Below, one piece after another: positions 31,601-44,015 of a stretch of 64,000 nt of DNA. The translations under genes were made by a program, and so were the position numbers. Under the pieces are notes generated by a model. That model had not been told where the DNA came from, did no database searches, and worked only from the letters and a program-made list of their open reading frames with translations. The stretch lies in NCBI RefSeq assembly GCF_009914755.1, contig NC_060934.1; one strand, written 5' to 3'. Position 1 is the first letter of the stretch, and each line of letters opens with the position of its first letter. This DNA is from the human T2T-CHM13v2.0 reference genome, Homo sapiens.

Positions 31601-31859
31601 TAAAAAAAATTCCCATGACTCCTCCAAGCAGCAATATTGTAATATTAAACCTATTGCTAAAAACAAATAACTTTAAAGCTAAAGTAAGTGAGCTGTATCA
31701 TTTATACAGCAATTGTATTTTCCAAAGTTTGATATACCAATATACATCCTATCCTAAATGCTTGAAATACAACATTAACATCCCTCTATTTAGAGATAAG
31801 AGCCTAAGTTTGCTCTCCTTTTTAATTGTGTAGACCAATATAATATAGAGGAACTAATG

Positions 31860-32594
31860 CTAGATGACTTCCAAGACTAGGTCTGCGAAGGCAATACACA
31901 TTTCATCCGGCTCTCTCTGAACAAGCTTTATGGAACCCCTGAGCCAACATGTAAGAACTCTGGTTACGTTCCCCACCCTGTGTCGAAGTGTTCTCATTGT
32001 TCAATTCCCACCTATGAGTGAGAACATGTGGTGTTTGGGGGCCTGTCCTGGGGTGGGGGGAGGGGGGGAGGGATAGCATTAGGAGATATACCTCATGTAA
32101 ATGACGAGTTAACAGGTGCCGCACACCAACATGGCACATGTATACTTATGTAACAAACCTGCACGTTGTGCACATGTACCCTAGAACTTAAAGTATAGTA
32201 AAAAATTTTTAAAAATAAAAAATAAAAAGAAAGAAATGATAAAAAAAAAAAAAAAGAAAGAAAGAACTCTGGTTACCTGAGTCATCCATGCTGCAGATAA
32301 CCCATGGAAAAAAACACAGGAAGACCGAACTGTCCAAGGAACCCCAATTGTTCTATTGTTCCAATCACAGGCTATTTTGGCTCTCCTCCCATCAACTGTT
32401 AGACATGTGAGTGAGCTTTCAGGTGACTTTAGCCTCTGCTTTTGAACCATCCCACTTGACATTCTGTGAAAGTGAGGCAAACTGCACCTGTGAAATATTT
32501 CCCAAATTGAAGATACGTGAACAAACTAAGTTGTTGATATTTTAAGCCACTAATATTTACAGTGGGTTGTTATGTAGTCATAGTAACCAGGATA
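31860..32594 (+). mobile_element. MLT1 LTR interrupted by a small L1
   Basis: tgacttccaagactaggtc...catgtaagaa / agacatgtgagtgag...ttttaagccactaa...ttgttatgtagtcatagtaacc. Confidence 0.7.
31968..32261 (+). mobile_element. 294-bp L1PA5-like insertion with 69-bp 5' inversion
   Basis: Perfect TSD aagaactctggttac at 31953-31967 and 32262-32276; 31968-32036 antisense; 32037 onward sense 3'UTR plus A-tail. Confidence 0.95.
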
Positions 32595-35385
32595 TCTAGG
32601 AGTTCAAATGCATTCTTTATATGCCCATTAACAGGAAAAAAGTTCAGGCTCGTAAATTTAGAAATCCAACTCATTTTTCATCACTTATTCCTTTGACTGT
32701 GTGGTAAAGATGTGTAGACTATATGACCCTGCACCCCTGTGGATGAACACCTAGTGGTAGGGCAATCACAGTTAAACATATGAGCTCAAAAAAAGCATCC
32801 AAGGAAGGCTGGCCTGCTTCTAATGTTTTTCTTTGTCTTTATTCCATACTGATTAGTCTTGACAATAGAAATGATTTCAAATACCGTGTTCATTTTAGGT
32901 ACAAAATATCCAAATGGACAAATATATTTACTTTATTCCTATATAGTTCTTTAGATCAATGTTGTTTACTCAAAATTCCCAAGCTTTTCTTTCTTTTTTT
33001 TTTTTTTTTCAAATACAGGTGTCATTTTTATTTTCCAAAATAAATACCATGTTCCTGGTTCAGTAAAATTAATTTCCTCAGGAGCTATTATTCCTCATAT
33101 GATTTCATTATTTGCAGTTTTATCTTATTATTAATATTGAAAATTATTTGAAATCCAATGCAAATTTTATAGCTACTTATCCTGGCTCAACAATTTAAAA
33201 GATCAAATTCAGGTACTTGGAAATTTTGTTCTTGAGGTTCTTACCCACCAGCTTCATCAAATCAACGTTGGCTGCGTATGTCACAAGTAAAGTATTGGAG
33301 CTTTGCATGCATGACCTTCCATAGCACATCAATCTCACTTCAAAGGACAGAATAGAAAACACGTATTAATAAAGAATATGTGTTTTATCTTTGTTGTTAA
33401 ATTCCCCTGCTGAAAACATCTAGAGATGACAAATTAATATTTAAAAAATTAAAATGCAAATTAAAGGTTAAAGTGCTAGTGCTTTGCAAGAAACTTTTAA
33501 AAATTAAAGGTAAAGGTTGTCTCAGAAGAGTAGAGGAGAAGCTAATCAAATGTGATGCACTATTCATTTCAGAAAGTCATATTTGAAAGAGGAAGACAAG
33601 TTCTGAAACATACAATCTAAGTCATATCAAGAAGGCTTTCCAATCTCCCCTCATTTTGATTCTTTCTAAACTTTCAGTTATTTTTATTATTTCTTCTAAA
33701 GCTAATAGTTTCTAAATATATAATGCAGATTATTAAAAACAGTTTACTTTTGTGTCTCTCTGCTTGTGAATTATTGGACACCTTACCCAAATTTCACAGA
33801 GACCTAGAAAAATGAAACTATGGTGTCAGAGAAAAATCAAAATGATCAGGAAAGTGAAGGAAACATCATTTAAGTAGAGGCAATGGAGAGTTAAGTTTCT
33901 GGAGAAAACAAACAGACACTGATAAAAAGTTGTATTCCAAGTTTATGAAGTTATAACAATATAAATTAAATCATATATCATATTCAATTTATATTGTGTT
34001 ATGTACTGTGAAAGCTTTAAAGTAAGCCAGTTGATATTTAAACTTATTGTAGATGGTATGAAATTAGAAAGTGCACAATTTAGGATTCACTAACGTTCTG
34101 AGACAGTCTTCTGGTTCTAATGCTAAAACTAATTAAAAATCTAATGTAAAGTTATTTAACCTTGCTAAATCCCATAATGTATACCAATTTATAAGGGGCT
34201 TTTATTTGGGGATATTTAACCAGGATAAAAGGAGGGGCTGTAAGGGGAATCTGAATTCCCTAATATTTTGTGGACATGTAATATGGTGGTGAAGAAGGCC
34301 CTCTCCAGAGCCTGACCAAGCTGACAGCTGGATCTTGGACTCCTCGCCTCCAAAACTAAAACACAATAAGGGCTCAGGCCTATGCTGCCCCTGCCCCTTC
34401 TGCCCCCTGACTTTCCTTAGTGTTCTCCCAGGTGGCCCTGACTGGGGAGCTATGCCTCCTGTTTGTAGGGACCCAGATGACACTGGCTTCCAGTACAAAG
34501 GAGTCCATGGATAAGCCACCTACAATCCCTGAGAGAAGGAAGCATAGCTGTTCACATGGAAGAATGATTTTTCCTTGTTCTGAATTCTTAAAGCAGATTT
34601 TTCATGTGAAATATTAAAAATCGTTCCTACCGTGGCCAAAAAGAAAATAGCTTGATTACATCTTCAGGGTGTCTGTGGTTCCCAAAACCTTAAGAACTAC
34701 ATAATTAAGCAATTTAATAATCTCTTTTAGGACAAAGATTGGACTTCTCAAACCTATCAGTTAAATTCAGACTATGTACGGCTACGGAGTATTCTGATTT
34801 TTAGCTAAATGATGCAGTTAAATTCATTGATACAGAGTTGAGTCATGAGGAAAAATTAGAGATTTTTTAAGAATTTACCGACAACTTCTCTAACTGATGT
34901 AAATGAGAGGAAATGTACCATTCCACCATCTGGCTCATGGTGGTGTGCCATGAAACTTTTGGTCCAGCCACTCATATGCTCTGATTGTAAAAGACAATGA
35001 ATATTGCAGGCTTGGATAAAAACAGTATAAAATATGAAAATTTTTCAGCACTTTGTAATAATTTCAGTAGCTGTGAAATTTTTATCAGGAGGTTCACCTA
35101 TACTTACAAAGGGGTTCAGGGTCACTGGGTTTGCTGTCTTCCTTCATAAACACTGATCCCCATGTGATTATTGAGATAAACATTGCCTTTAAGAGCCATT
35201 ATGACTCTTTGATGAGTCTCTAATTTCAGTGATGTGTCCAAGCTGCTACCTGGTGACTAGTTCTGAAGGTAAGGAATGCTGCAAAAGTAATGCTAATTGG
35301 CAAATACAAAAATTTACCGAACGTTGATTTATAAAGAATTGAAATTGCAGTATTTGGACATATTTTTTCAGGTATTATCTGATGC

Positions 35386-35912
35386 TGTTGTTCAAAGCAA
35401 AACATGCACCAGACAAATTTAAACAGGCAAGAAAAAATTTATTTATGGTTATTACAATAGAGATAAAGATGAGAACTCTGGGTTCAATTTTGCTAAAACA
35501 AAGAACAGGAAAGTTTTTAAAAGCTAGGGTCAGGGAATCATAGACCAGCTGAGTTTGTTAATTGTCTTTATCCAAAGGAAAAGTAAACTTTCTTTTAAAT
35601 TTGTGACAGCATCTAGTTTTATAACTTGGAGCAAGGTAACCATCACAGTTAGAATCCTACTGTCCCCCAGAGACTGGGAGATAGGTGCTCTGTCTTTCTT
35701 GAGGATTAGATTCCAATGAGATGACTCTCAGGTCCTTGAGAAAAACATCCTTGGGTTGTAAAATTGGCAATAGGCTTTTAAGAAGATTTGCATCTCAAAG
35801 AGGCAGAGAAAATTTCAAAGGTAAGTGCTCTAAGAAAAGGAAGGTCAGGGCCTAGAGTCAGGAAGAAGCCTGTCTAAAAGTTTAGTCAAGCTGAGGGAAA
35901 CCCTAAGGTCAC
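35386..35912 (-). mobile_element. MER31/MER67-like ERV1 LTR
   Basis: agagtcaggaagaagcctgtctaaaagtttagtcaagctgagg is the reverse-complement homologue of 50700-50750. Confidence 0.7.
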
Positions 35913-36884
35913 TACCAAACTTTCAAATGCACTTCACTTTTTTCATATGTCACACAGTACCTGTCAATTACAGAATCACTGACTGTACCATGCTGCCAAT
36001 AAGAAGTTACCATTTCAGCTAAGTCATTCAAAAAATGACGACTACCGAGAGTAATATTTTTTAAAGGAGGTAATGTGAAATTCATATTCTGCCATTTAGA
36101 GTAGATTTTCTTCCTGCCCAGCAATTTATCTTAGAATTTTCTTCAGGTATTTATGTGACTTTTTAGTTGTTGTCCATTTCCTATTATTTCTACAGTACAT
36201 TTTAAATGAGTGCATGAATGTAGTCTAATTTTTATTTTAGTATATCGTATTTATCAGAAACAGGACAGTCATTTCTCTTGACATTTTGTACAGAGCACCT
36301 ATATGCTTACATATATTTTGTCTTGATTGTAGTGTGTGATCTGCTCAATCAGCAAAATGCTCAGGATTGTCCATTGCTACACTTTGGAGTCCATCATCCC
36401 TTGAGTGCACTTTTTCTGGGGCTTCCTTATGCATCCATTACCTACATCACTCACCCTGTGCCAAGAGTAATTATGAAACATGTTCTCTAGCCAACGACCT
36501 TGGTGCGAAAATAACCCCTTGACAGTGAATCTCTACATTAGTGGCAGTAAGAAGGTGACTTATCCCATTTCAACAATTAAAGGGACTTTATAACAGTCAC
36601 ATTTACCCAGATGTACTGAACAAGGGTACTGAAAGAAAACGTTTAGTCAGAGAAAATAAAGCATGAGAGATGTAGCTTCACCCACAAGGGGAATAGTAAT
36701 ATGCTAGTCCACTTCTTCACAGCCCTGAACTTCAGATTATATTATTACTACTCCCAGGCAAAGAAGGAGGCCCTCATTGTTCAAATCCTAACTTCAAAAC
36801 TATGATGTTAAAACTCTCCAGGCACTGGTCTGATTACATAGACAAAGCTATATTTTCTTGACTCTCAACACTTAAACACTCTTT

Positions 36885-37326
36885 TGTAAATTGAGTTGCC
36901 CAGAAACAGATTCTGAAACAGATACTGGCATGTGGAGGTTTACTGGGGATGGATTTCAGAACTACAAGTCTATAAAGGAGTGACAGAATCAGGATTGAGT
37001 AGAGGGAGGAGTTGAACTAATGTGGTGTATTTTCAGCAGCGATCTTGACAGAACTCAGAGAAATTCTAAACCTGGATGGCCTTCAGAGATGCTCCAGATT
37101 GAGGCAAGGGGGTCTGGGCTTTGGGCTCCCTTGTTGATGAGTACTTGAATGTTGACTATCATAGGAGGGGTTGATTGAGATGACTTTGAGCAAATAGCTG
37201 GCTTCCTTTGGGAAATTTTTGAGGTTCCGTATACCACAAGTGAGGAGCAGCTACCACTTTCAGCTCTCATGGGAATTAAGGCCTCAGTACTGAAAGAGGA
37301 TCTGAGTGACACAGCACAGCATCCAC
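36885..37326 (-). mobile_element. ERVL-class LTR (LTR16/40/41-like, uncertain)
   Basis: cccagaaacagattctgaa...ggaggtttactgggg...caggattgagtagagggaggagttgaact. Confidence 0.6.
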
Positions 37327-37410
37327 TTTAGTCCAAGCTTTGTACATCTTTGATCGACTTGCTTAATATAATACATTTATGCAAACTGGGAGTAGTTTCA
37401 CTAGAATTCT

Positions 37411-37574
37411 GTTTTTTTCTTTTCTTTCTTTCCTTCTTCTTCTTCTTCTTCTTCTTTTTTTTTTGACAGGGTGTCTCTCTGTTGCCAGGCTGGAGTGCAG
37501 TGACACAATCACCACTCATTGTAGTTTTGACCTCCTGTGATCAAGTGATCTCCTACCTTAGCCTCCCAAGTACT
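37411..37574 (-). mobile_element. Partial AluJ with (CTT)n/poly-T tail
   Basis: gacagggtgtctctctgttgccaggctggagtgcagtg...gcctcccaagta. Confidence 0.85.
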
Positions 37575-38961
37575 GATTTATTTTATCTTAGAAAAACTTG
37601 CCAATCAAAGTCAGTGGAGCGAAGTAAAGTTTCAGCAGCTGCAAATGAGATTCAACATCTTCCTCCTATAGTTCCCATTCTAGATTCCCCTCACCTTCCA
37701 TTAGTGCATCTACTCATATAGTAGCTTACTCCACCACCCCTAAGAAGTCTACACCCCTGATCTTCATGCTCTTTTTCTTCACCTTCAAAAGTATTCAGGG
37801 CTGTGCCAAGAGATACTACACTGGATCATCTGAGTGCCAATTGTATACTTCCCTGTTCCCAGTAGGTATTAACAGCTTTACCTCCTTGTAATGTTCTTCC
37901 TGATCTCTTGGCACAAGGAATACAAAGTGATCAGGTGTTTGTCATAACCTACAGTTTAATGTGAAACTTACTATGCCCTGATATAATGACTTCCCTTCTG
38001 GAACAGAGACTTCTAGACCAGAGTCTTGAGTAAAATAAGTATAATTTTACTAAGTGCAATACCAGAAGTGATGGTATAAGTTGCAAGGCCTCTTGAGGTC
38101 TGATCTCTGGAAATGCCTGGACATCATTTCTGCCACATTTTTAGTCAAAACCTGTCGCGGGTCATCCCATATTCAATGTGATGCAAAATAGAAGGTACCT
38201 GTTAGTGATGAGGTAAACGAAGCCACATTGTAAGAGAGCATGAAAGGAATTGTAGCCGTCTTTTAGGGTACTCTATCACATTTAACCATTCAGATGATAT
38301 ATGTTGAACTAAAGCAAGGGCCTTTGTAGCCATGTCATCCAGTCATTAGATGTGAGCTGCAGCCACATCTAATGAGGCATAACCTTGGGAAAGGTTGCTC
38401 TCTTTGGCTAAATGGAATTTCCAGAGTGACTCAGCTATGAGTCATCAGAAAGCAAAAATTCTGGCAGCCTGAGGAAGGAGTATTTCAGTCTTAAAGTGGA
38501 GATCTGGGCACCACATTTACAACACGCAACACACACACACACACGGAAACCCCCTACACACTCTGATTTGTGCACTGTGCTAATATTTTACAGATGCAAG
38601 GATAGTCACTACACAAGTTAAAAAAATTATTAAATGGTTTCGCATTCTCCTAACACACAAGGACATGTCAATTCACATATCTCAATCATTTTTCATTCAC
38701 TCCTTGGTTCTAGAAAACTTGCCTACCTATTTATGAGCAAGACTTCAAGATTCAGCACAGACGTTCCCTTGCCTGATGATCCAGCTAGAATAGAACCCTT
38801 CTATCCATATGCCTTCTATCATTGGTACCAGTAAAATTTTTATTAACCTTTAAATGTGCTTGCCTATGTCTCCAACTAGAAGTTAGACTTGAAAAAATGT
38901 TTATTATCTTACTCATATATTTTTAATCCTAGGATAGCATGGTGCTTGGCACAGAGCTGGT

Positions 38962-39150
38962 CTGGTGGACATACCCTAAAGAAGGCCCCATGATCCCTGC
39001 CTTCTGTTATTTATGTCTGTGTGCAATCTTCTCCCCTTCTAAGAAATAGAAGAACATAGTTGATAGAATATCAACCCTGTGATTATGTTATGTTATATGG
39101 AAAAGGCAAATGCAAAAATGAAGGGATTTTTAAATATTTAATTAAGATTA
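38962..39150 (+). mobile_element. MLT1D/E-like LTR, 5' part only
   Basis: ctaaagaaggccccatgatccctgcc...gtgattatgttatgttatatgg...aagggatttt. Confidence 0.6.
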
Positions 39151-39169
39151 ATTTTTAAAAACAATTTTT

Positions 39170-39398
39170 AAAGTTGTTTTTAATTTTTATGGATACATAA
39201 TAGTTATGCATATTTATGAAGTGCATGTGAGATTTTGATACAGTATACAATATTTAATTATCAAATCTTGTAAATGGGGTATACATCACTACCAACATTT
39301 ACCATATCTTTGGGGTGTTAAACCTTCTAACTAATTTGAAATATGAAATAGTTAATTATAGTCACCCTATTGTTCTACCAAACATTAAATCTTATTCC
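39170..39398 (-). mobile_element. L1MA 3' end fragment
   Basis: atggatacataatagttatgcatatttatg...gtgagattttgatac...tatagtcaccct. Confidence 0.75.
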
Positions 39399-39539
39399 AG
39401 ACATGATTTTGCTCCTCTTTTGCCTTCTGCCATGATTGTGAGGCCTCCCCAGCCATGTGAGTCAATTAAACCTCTCTTCTTTATAAATTACCCAGTCTCA
39501 GGTATGTCTTTATTAGCAGCATGAGAGAAGACTAATACA
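39399..39539 (+). mobile_element. THE1 LTR, 3' ~140 bp only
   Basis: gccatgattgtgaggcctcccagcc...gactaataca. Confidence 0.9.
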
Positions 39540-40381
39540 TCTGCTATTTAATAATATTTCTGCTATATGATTTTTATTCTATTGTCTTTTGCTGGCTACA
39601 ACTAAAGGGATTGGGAAAGATAATTTGAGTATATCTTAAGGAAACAAGTCATATATCCTCACGGTCATTCTCATGACATGAGCTTGCTACAAATGGCATG
39701 CTGTTTATTATTGTATCTATTGCTAATCTACTCCATCTCACCCCTATTAAAATAATCTTGTGGAAAAACAGTTTATTTTCTTAAGCAGATACAAAAACTT
39801 GACAAAAATATTCTTTATTTTCTGAGTATTTCCCTGTATTTTCTATAATTTTGTTTTCCCTTCTCTCTGCTCTACTTTATTTTTTCTTGTAGAGTTAATG
39901 GGTAATTTTTTTTCTAAATGTCATTAAAATTACTGACATTTTATTTTCTAATTTTGGAAATTTGGTATAGAAATACTTATAAGATCATATTTATGATAGA
40001 ACAATGATGTAGTATTTAATTTATATACATATTTTCTCAATTTTCTTACCTGTGTTTTTGTTGTATTAGCTCAAATCATCAGATATTATTGTTAATCATA
40101 GCCTGTTTAAAATAAACTTGTTTTATTCATTCCACTACAGTATCCCAAAGATACACAGGTTGTTTTTTATAATTAGCAGGCATAAGGGCATAAAGAGAAG
40201 AGAGATGTTGGAAAACTCACTTAGAAGAACAAGGTGGAAGTGAGAAAAATGATTGAAATATATGTAACATATACATAATCGACTCAGTATAGTGAATGAG
40301 ACTGCTACTATCATTGTTTTCATTTTAGAATGAAATATAAAAAAATGAAAAGAAAAGTCTAAACCAGTTCAAATTAAATTA

Positions 40382-40937
40382 CAGTAGACCCACCTTATCT
40401 GTGGAGGTGGGTCTTATCTGTGCATCCCTGAAACCATGGAGAGTACCAATGCCTGTATATACAATGTTGTTTTCTGTATATATATACCTATGATAGTTTA
40501 ATTTATGCATTAGTCACAGTAAGATATTAGCAACAACAATAATAAAATAGAACAGTTATAACAGTATGCCAGCATCACTACTCTTGTGCTTTGGGACAAT
40601 TATTAAGTAGAATAAGAGTTACTTGAATACAGCACTGATACAACTACAGTCAATCTGAAAACCAAGGTAGCTACTAAGTGACTAACAGGTGAGTAGCATT
40701 TACAGTGTGGGTATGCTGGAGCAAGAAATGATTCACATTTGCAGCGGAACAAAGTGGAATGATGGGAACTGCCATCATGCTACTCAGCGTGGTGCACACT
40801 TTAAAAATATGGGAATTGTTTCTGAACTTCTGTATAAATTTATTTCTGGAATATTCCATTTAATATTTTTAGAGCATGGTTGACTGCAGGTAACTGTGAC
40901 CACAGAAAACAAAACCATAGATTAGAGGAAATGATTG
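40382..40937. mobile_element. Tigger3-family (MER7-like) DNA transposon derivative
   Basis: Degenerate TIRs cagtagacccaccttatc / gattagaggaaatgattg flanked by TA; internal Tigger3 motifs. Confidence 0.8.
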
Positions 40938-41055
40938 TACAAATATGGCAAAGTAGGTATGCAAAATAATTAGTTACATAACTGCTAGGCCTTATCCTTA
41001 CTGTATATAATAAACTAAATTTCACCTCATTGGAAAAATAAAGGCCTATGAAACA

Positions 41056-41540
41056 TGTAAACCAAAAAGTAACCGAGGCAGATTGCAATTGATTGGAGGT
41101 TTATTTTGCCAAAGTTGAAGATGCACCCAGGAAAAATAAACACAAATCAGAGTAGGATCTCTGACCTCTGCTCTTTCCAAAGATGGTTGTGGAAACTTCA
41201 ATGAAAGGTTAAAAGCAAGCAGTAAGGGAAAATGAAAAAATAAAGGAGAGAGGGTAGGCAATGAGTTACGTGATTATATTATTATGAGACTTTGATTAGT
41301 GCTCAGTCAGTCTACATTTTACATGTGAAAAGGAAGGGAGTAAAGGAAAAAGTCAATAATACACTTGTCTTATACTCAGTAAATCTACATTTTGCATAAG
41401 ATAAACTAAGCATGTAAGATTACAGATATCTGCTTGGGAGCAAAAGGAAGGTAGTTTTTTGTGTGACTTAGTTCCCAAGCTAAATTTTCCCCCTGACATA
41501 GTGAGTTTGGAATACCAAGATTTTTTTTTTTAATTTCACA
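41056..41540 (-). mobile_element. MER4-family solo LTR
   Basis: tgtaaaccaaaa...tttcaca termini; 4-bp TSD aaca/aaca. Confidence 0.85.
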
Positions 41541-42669
41541 AACATCGCTATTTTAAAAGAAAAATTACATATAGTTTGAGCTAGATTCAAAATGCTTCAT
41601 TCATATATCAGGTATGTAACATATCACCTTCTAGGTTATATTTTGGAATACTTGACAAGCTAAATAAATATACTGAAAATTACTAGTGTAATTAAATTCT
41701 AAACAAGTTCTAAGTGAGGAACTTATGCTAATAATTTCAGTACAATGGGATATATATAATGATACCAGCAGCATAGATTTAGAATTAAAATAAATAAATT
41801 AGTATTAACATTGATTAAAATATACAAAGGGAGCCAGGACAACTTCAGAGAAGTGATCAGAGAAAAAAAAGTTAAAATATGTCAGTTTTGTGTCCTATGA
41901 TCATGAGAACTGATATAACAAGCTATTCCACATTGATAACAGAGATTTTTCCTTCAGGCATAAGGACCTTTCTTTGACACATGGGAGTGGGGAACACACC
42001 TGAATTATACTGATATATACAATAAAATATTGTACAAAATATACAATAAAATATCTCATCAGAGCTTATTATTATGGAAACAGAATGATTTGAATGAACA
42101 TTGCTTCATTCTTTTCCATGAAACTACTAACAAGATAAGACACGATATAAAAATTAAAAAATAAGATTTGAAATTTTTCCGATATCAAAGTCATTTATTT
42201 TATTTTCTAAAACTGTTGAATACCAGTAAATTGACCAGTTTTTATTTAAAGCAAAAATAAATAAAATAATTTTATTATCTAGGATGATTTTTTAAAATAG
42301 TAGCAATTTTAACATTGAATCAGTTTTGATTCCATTAAACATTATTTGTCAAACTGGATTGTATTCTATCCCTCTGTTTCTTCTCAGAGGCTACTGTTTT
42401 CAGATATGTTTTACCACCCACGTGATCCAAAGATAGAGGCACCAAGATTTTCTGTAATAAGTGGAAAATAATGTGCCCGTAAGTCTATTTCTCTGTACCT
42501 GGTCCCCTATCAATAATATGAATTTTACATTAGAATTTTTTTTAAGCTGCATGAGTCTTCTTAAATTATAATGCTCTCTTTTTAATGTTTACCAAAATCA
42601 TCACCAAGAGTAGTCACCTTCCAAAATTCGTTGGTCCAACAAAAACACAGTAGAGTGAAGGGCCTGCTC

Positions 42670-42855
42670 CCATCAGAGCTTGCAGATAACTGAACATTTG
42701 CAGGCTTTCAGATGAGAATCAGTTGCATGCAGGGAGGGTGATGCACCCCAGCTCCACTGGGACAGAAGCTCCTGTGATCAGTACCTTTCTAGACTTTGCC
42801 CTATGTATGCCTTGATTTGGCTGTTTATTAATATTTTTTATAATAAGCTGGTTGA
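42670..42855 (+). mobile_element. MER21-like LTR fragment
   Basis: gggagggtgatgcaccccagctccactgggacagaagctcctgtg...agactttgccctatgta. Confidence 0.7.
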
Positions 42856-43369
42856 TATGAAAAAATTAGATTATATGAATTGATTAACTTAAAGTAAAAA
42901 TTCTTAATATTATATAAATTAGCCTTAATTTGTCATATGAGAACACAACATTCTTAAATAAATTAAAGAGACTTCCTAAATATTTCCAAAGTAGTTCAAC
43001 AATTGAAGCATCTGTAAACATACAATCCAGAACTGTTGATCTTTCCATATATGCACAAACTTCATAATAATGATGGAAAAATAAACTATTTTAAATTGGA
43101 AAATGTATAAGATTTCAAAAAGTTTCTGTACATCTGAAAATAATTGGTAAAGCACTAAAATATCAATTAGAACCCGGACCCTTACACTGTATGAATTTAA
43201 AGTAGGTTGGTCTCTCGGTAATGAATTTGTTTCATTTTTAAAATGTTTATACTATCATTTGTGTAGCCTACTGGGCAAGTGTGCACTGTAAGTTAATATG
43301 ACATATGGCAACACATTATACTATTGTCTCTCACACTGAGATAAAATGTTCTGAAATCTACATATTGTA

Positions 43370-44015
43370 AATAAAATATGTAATGTATTATATACACACA
43401 TAAATATATAATAAATATACATATAATACACATATATAATTATACACATATATAATAAATATGTGTACACATATAATATATACATATGTATGTACACATA
43501 TAATATATAATATATACATATGTATATATCATTATATATACATATATATGTATATATTATATATACATATGTATATATGTATATAATATATGTAAATAAT
43601 ATATACATATACAATATTGTATACAATATGTATTATTCAAATAATACATAATATTACATAATATGTATATTTATATTTATATTACATATTATATTATATT
43701 ATATTACATATTACATTTATATTACATATTACAAATAATACATAATATTGTATACACATATAATATATAATAAATGTATGTACACATATAATATATACAT
43801 ATTGTATATATAATATATACGTATACATATTGTATACAATATGTATACAAATAATACATAATATTGTATACACATATAATATATAATAAATATGTGTATA
43901 TATAATTATATATGATATATTTATTATGGATTATATGTATATACAATGTATACATATACAAAATGTGTATGTATATTATATATGTAATATTATGTATACT
44001 ATATATATTAATATA
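43370..44015. repeat. ~640-bp degenerate (TA)n-rich low-complexity tract
   Basis: Mix of tata/taca/ataat units; source of spurious Y/I-rich ORFs. Confidence 0.95.
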
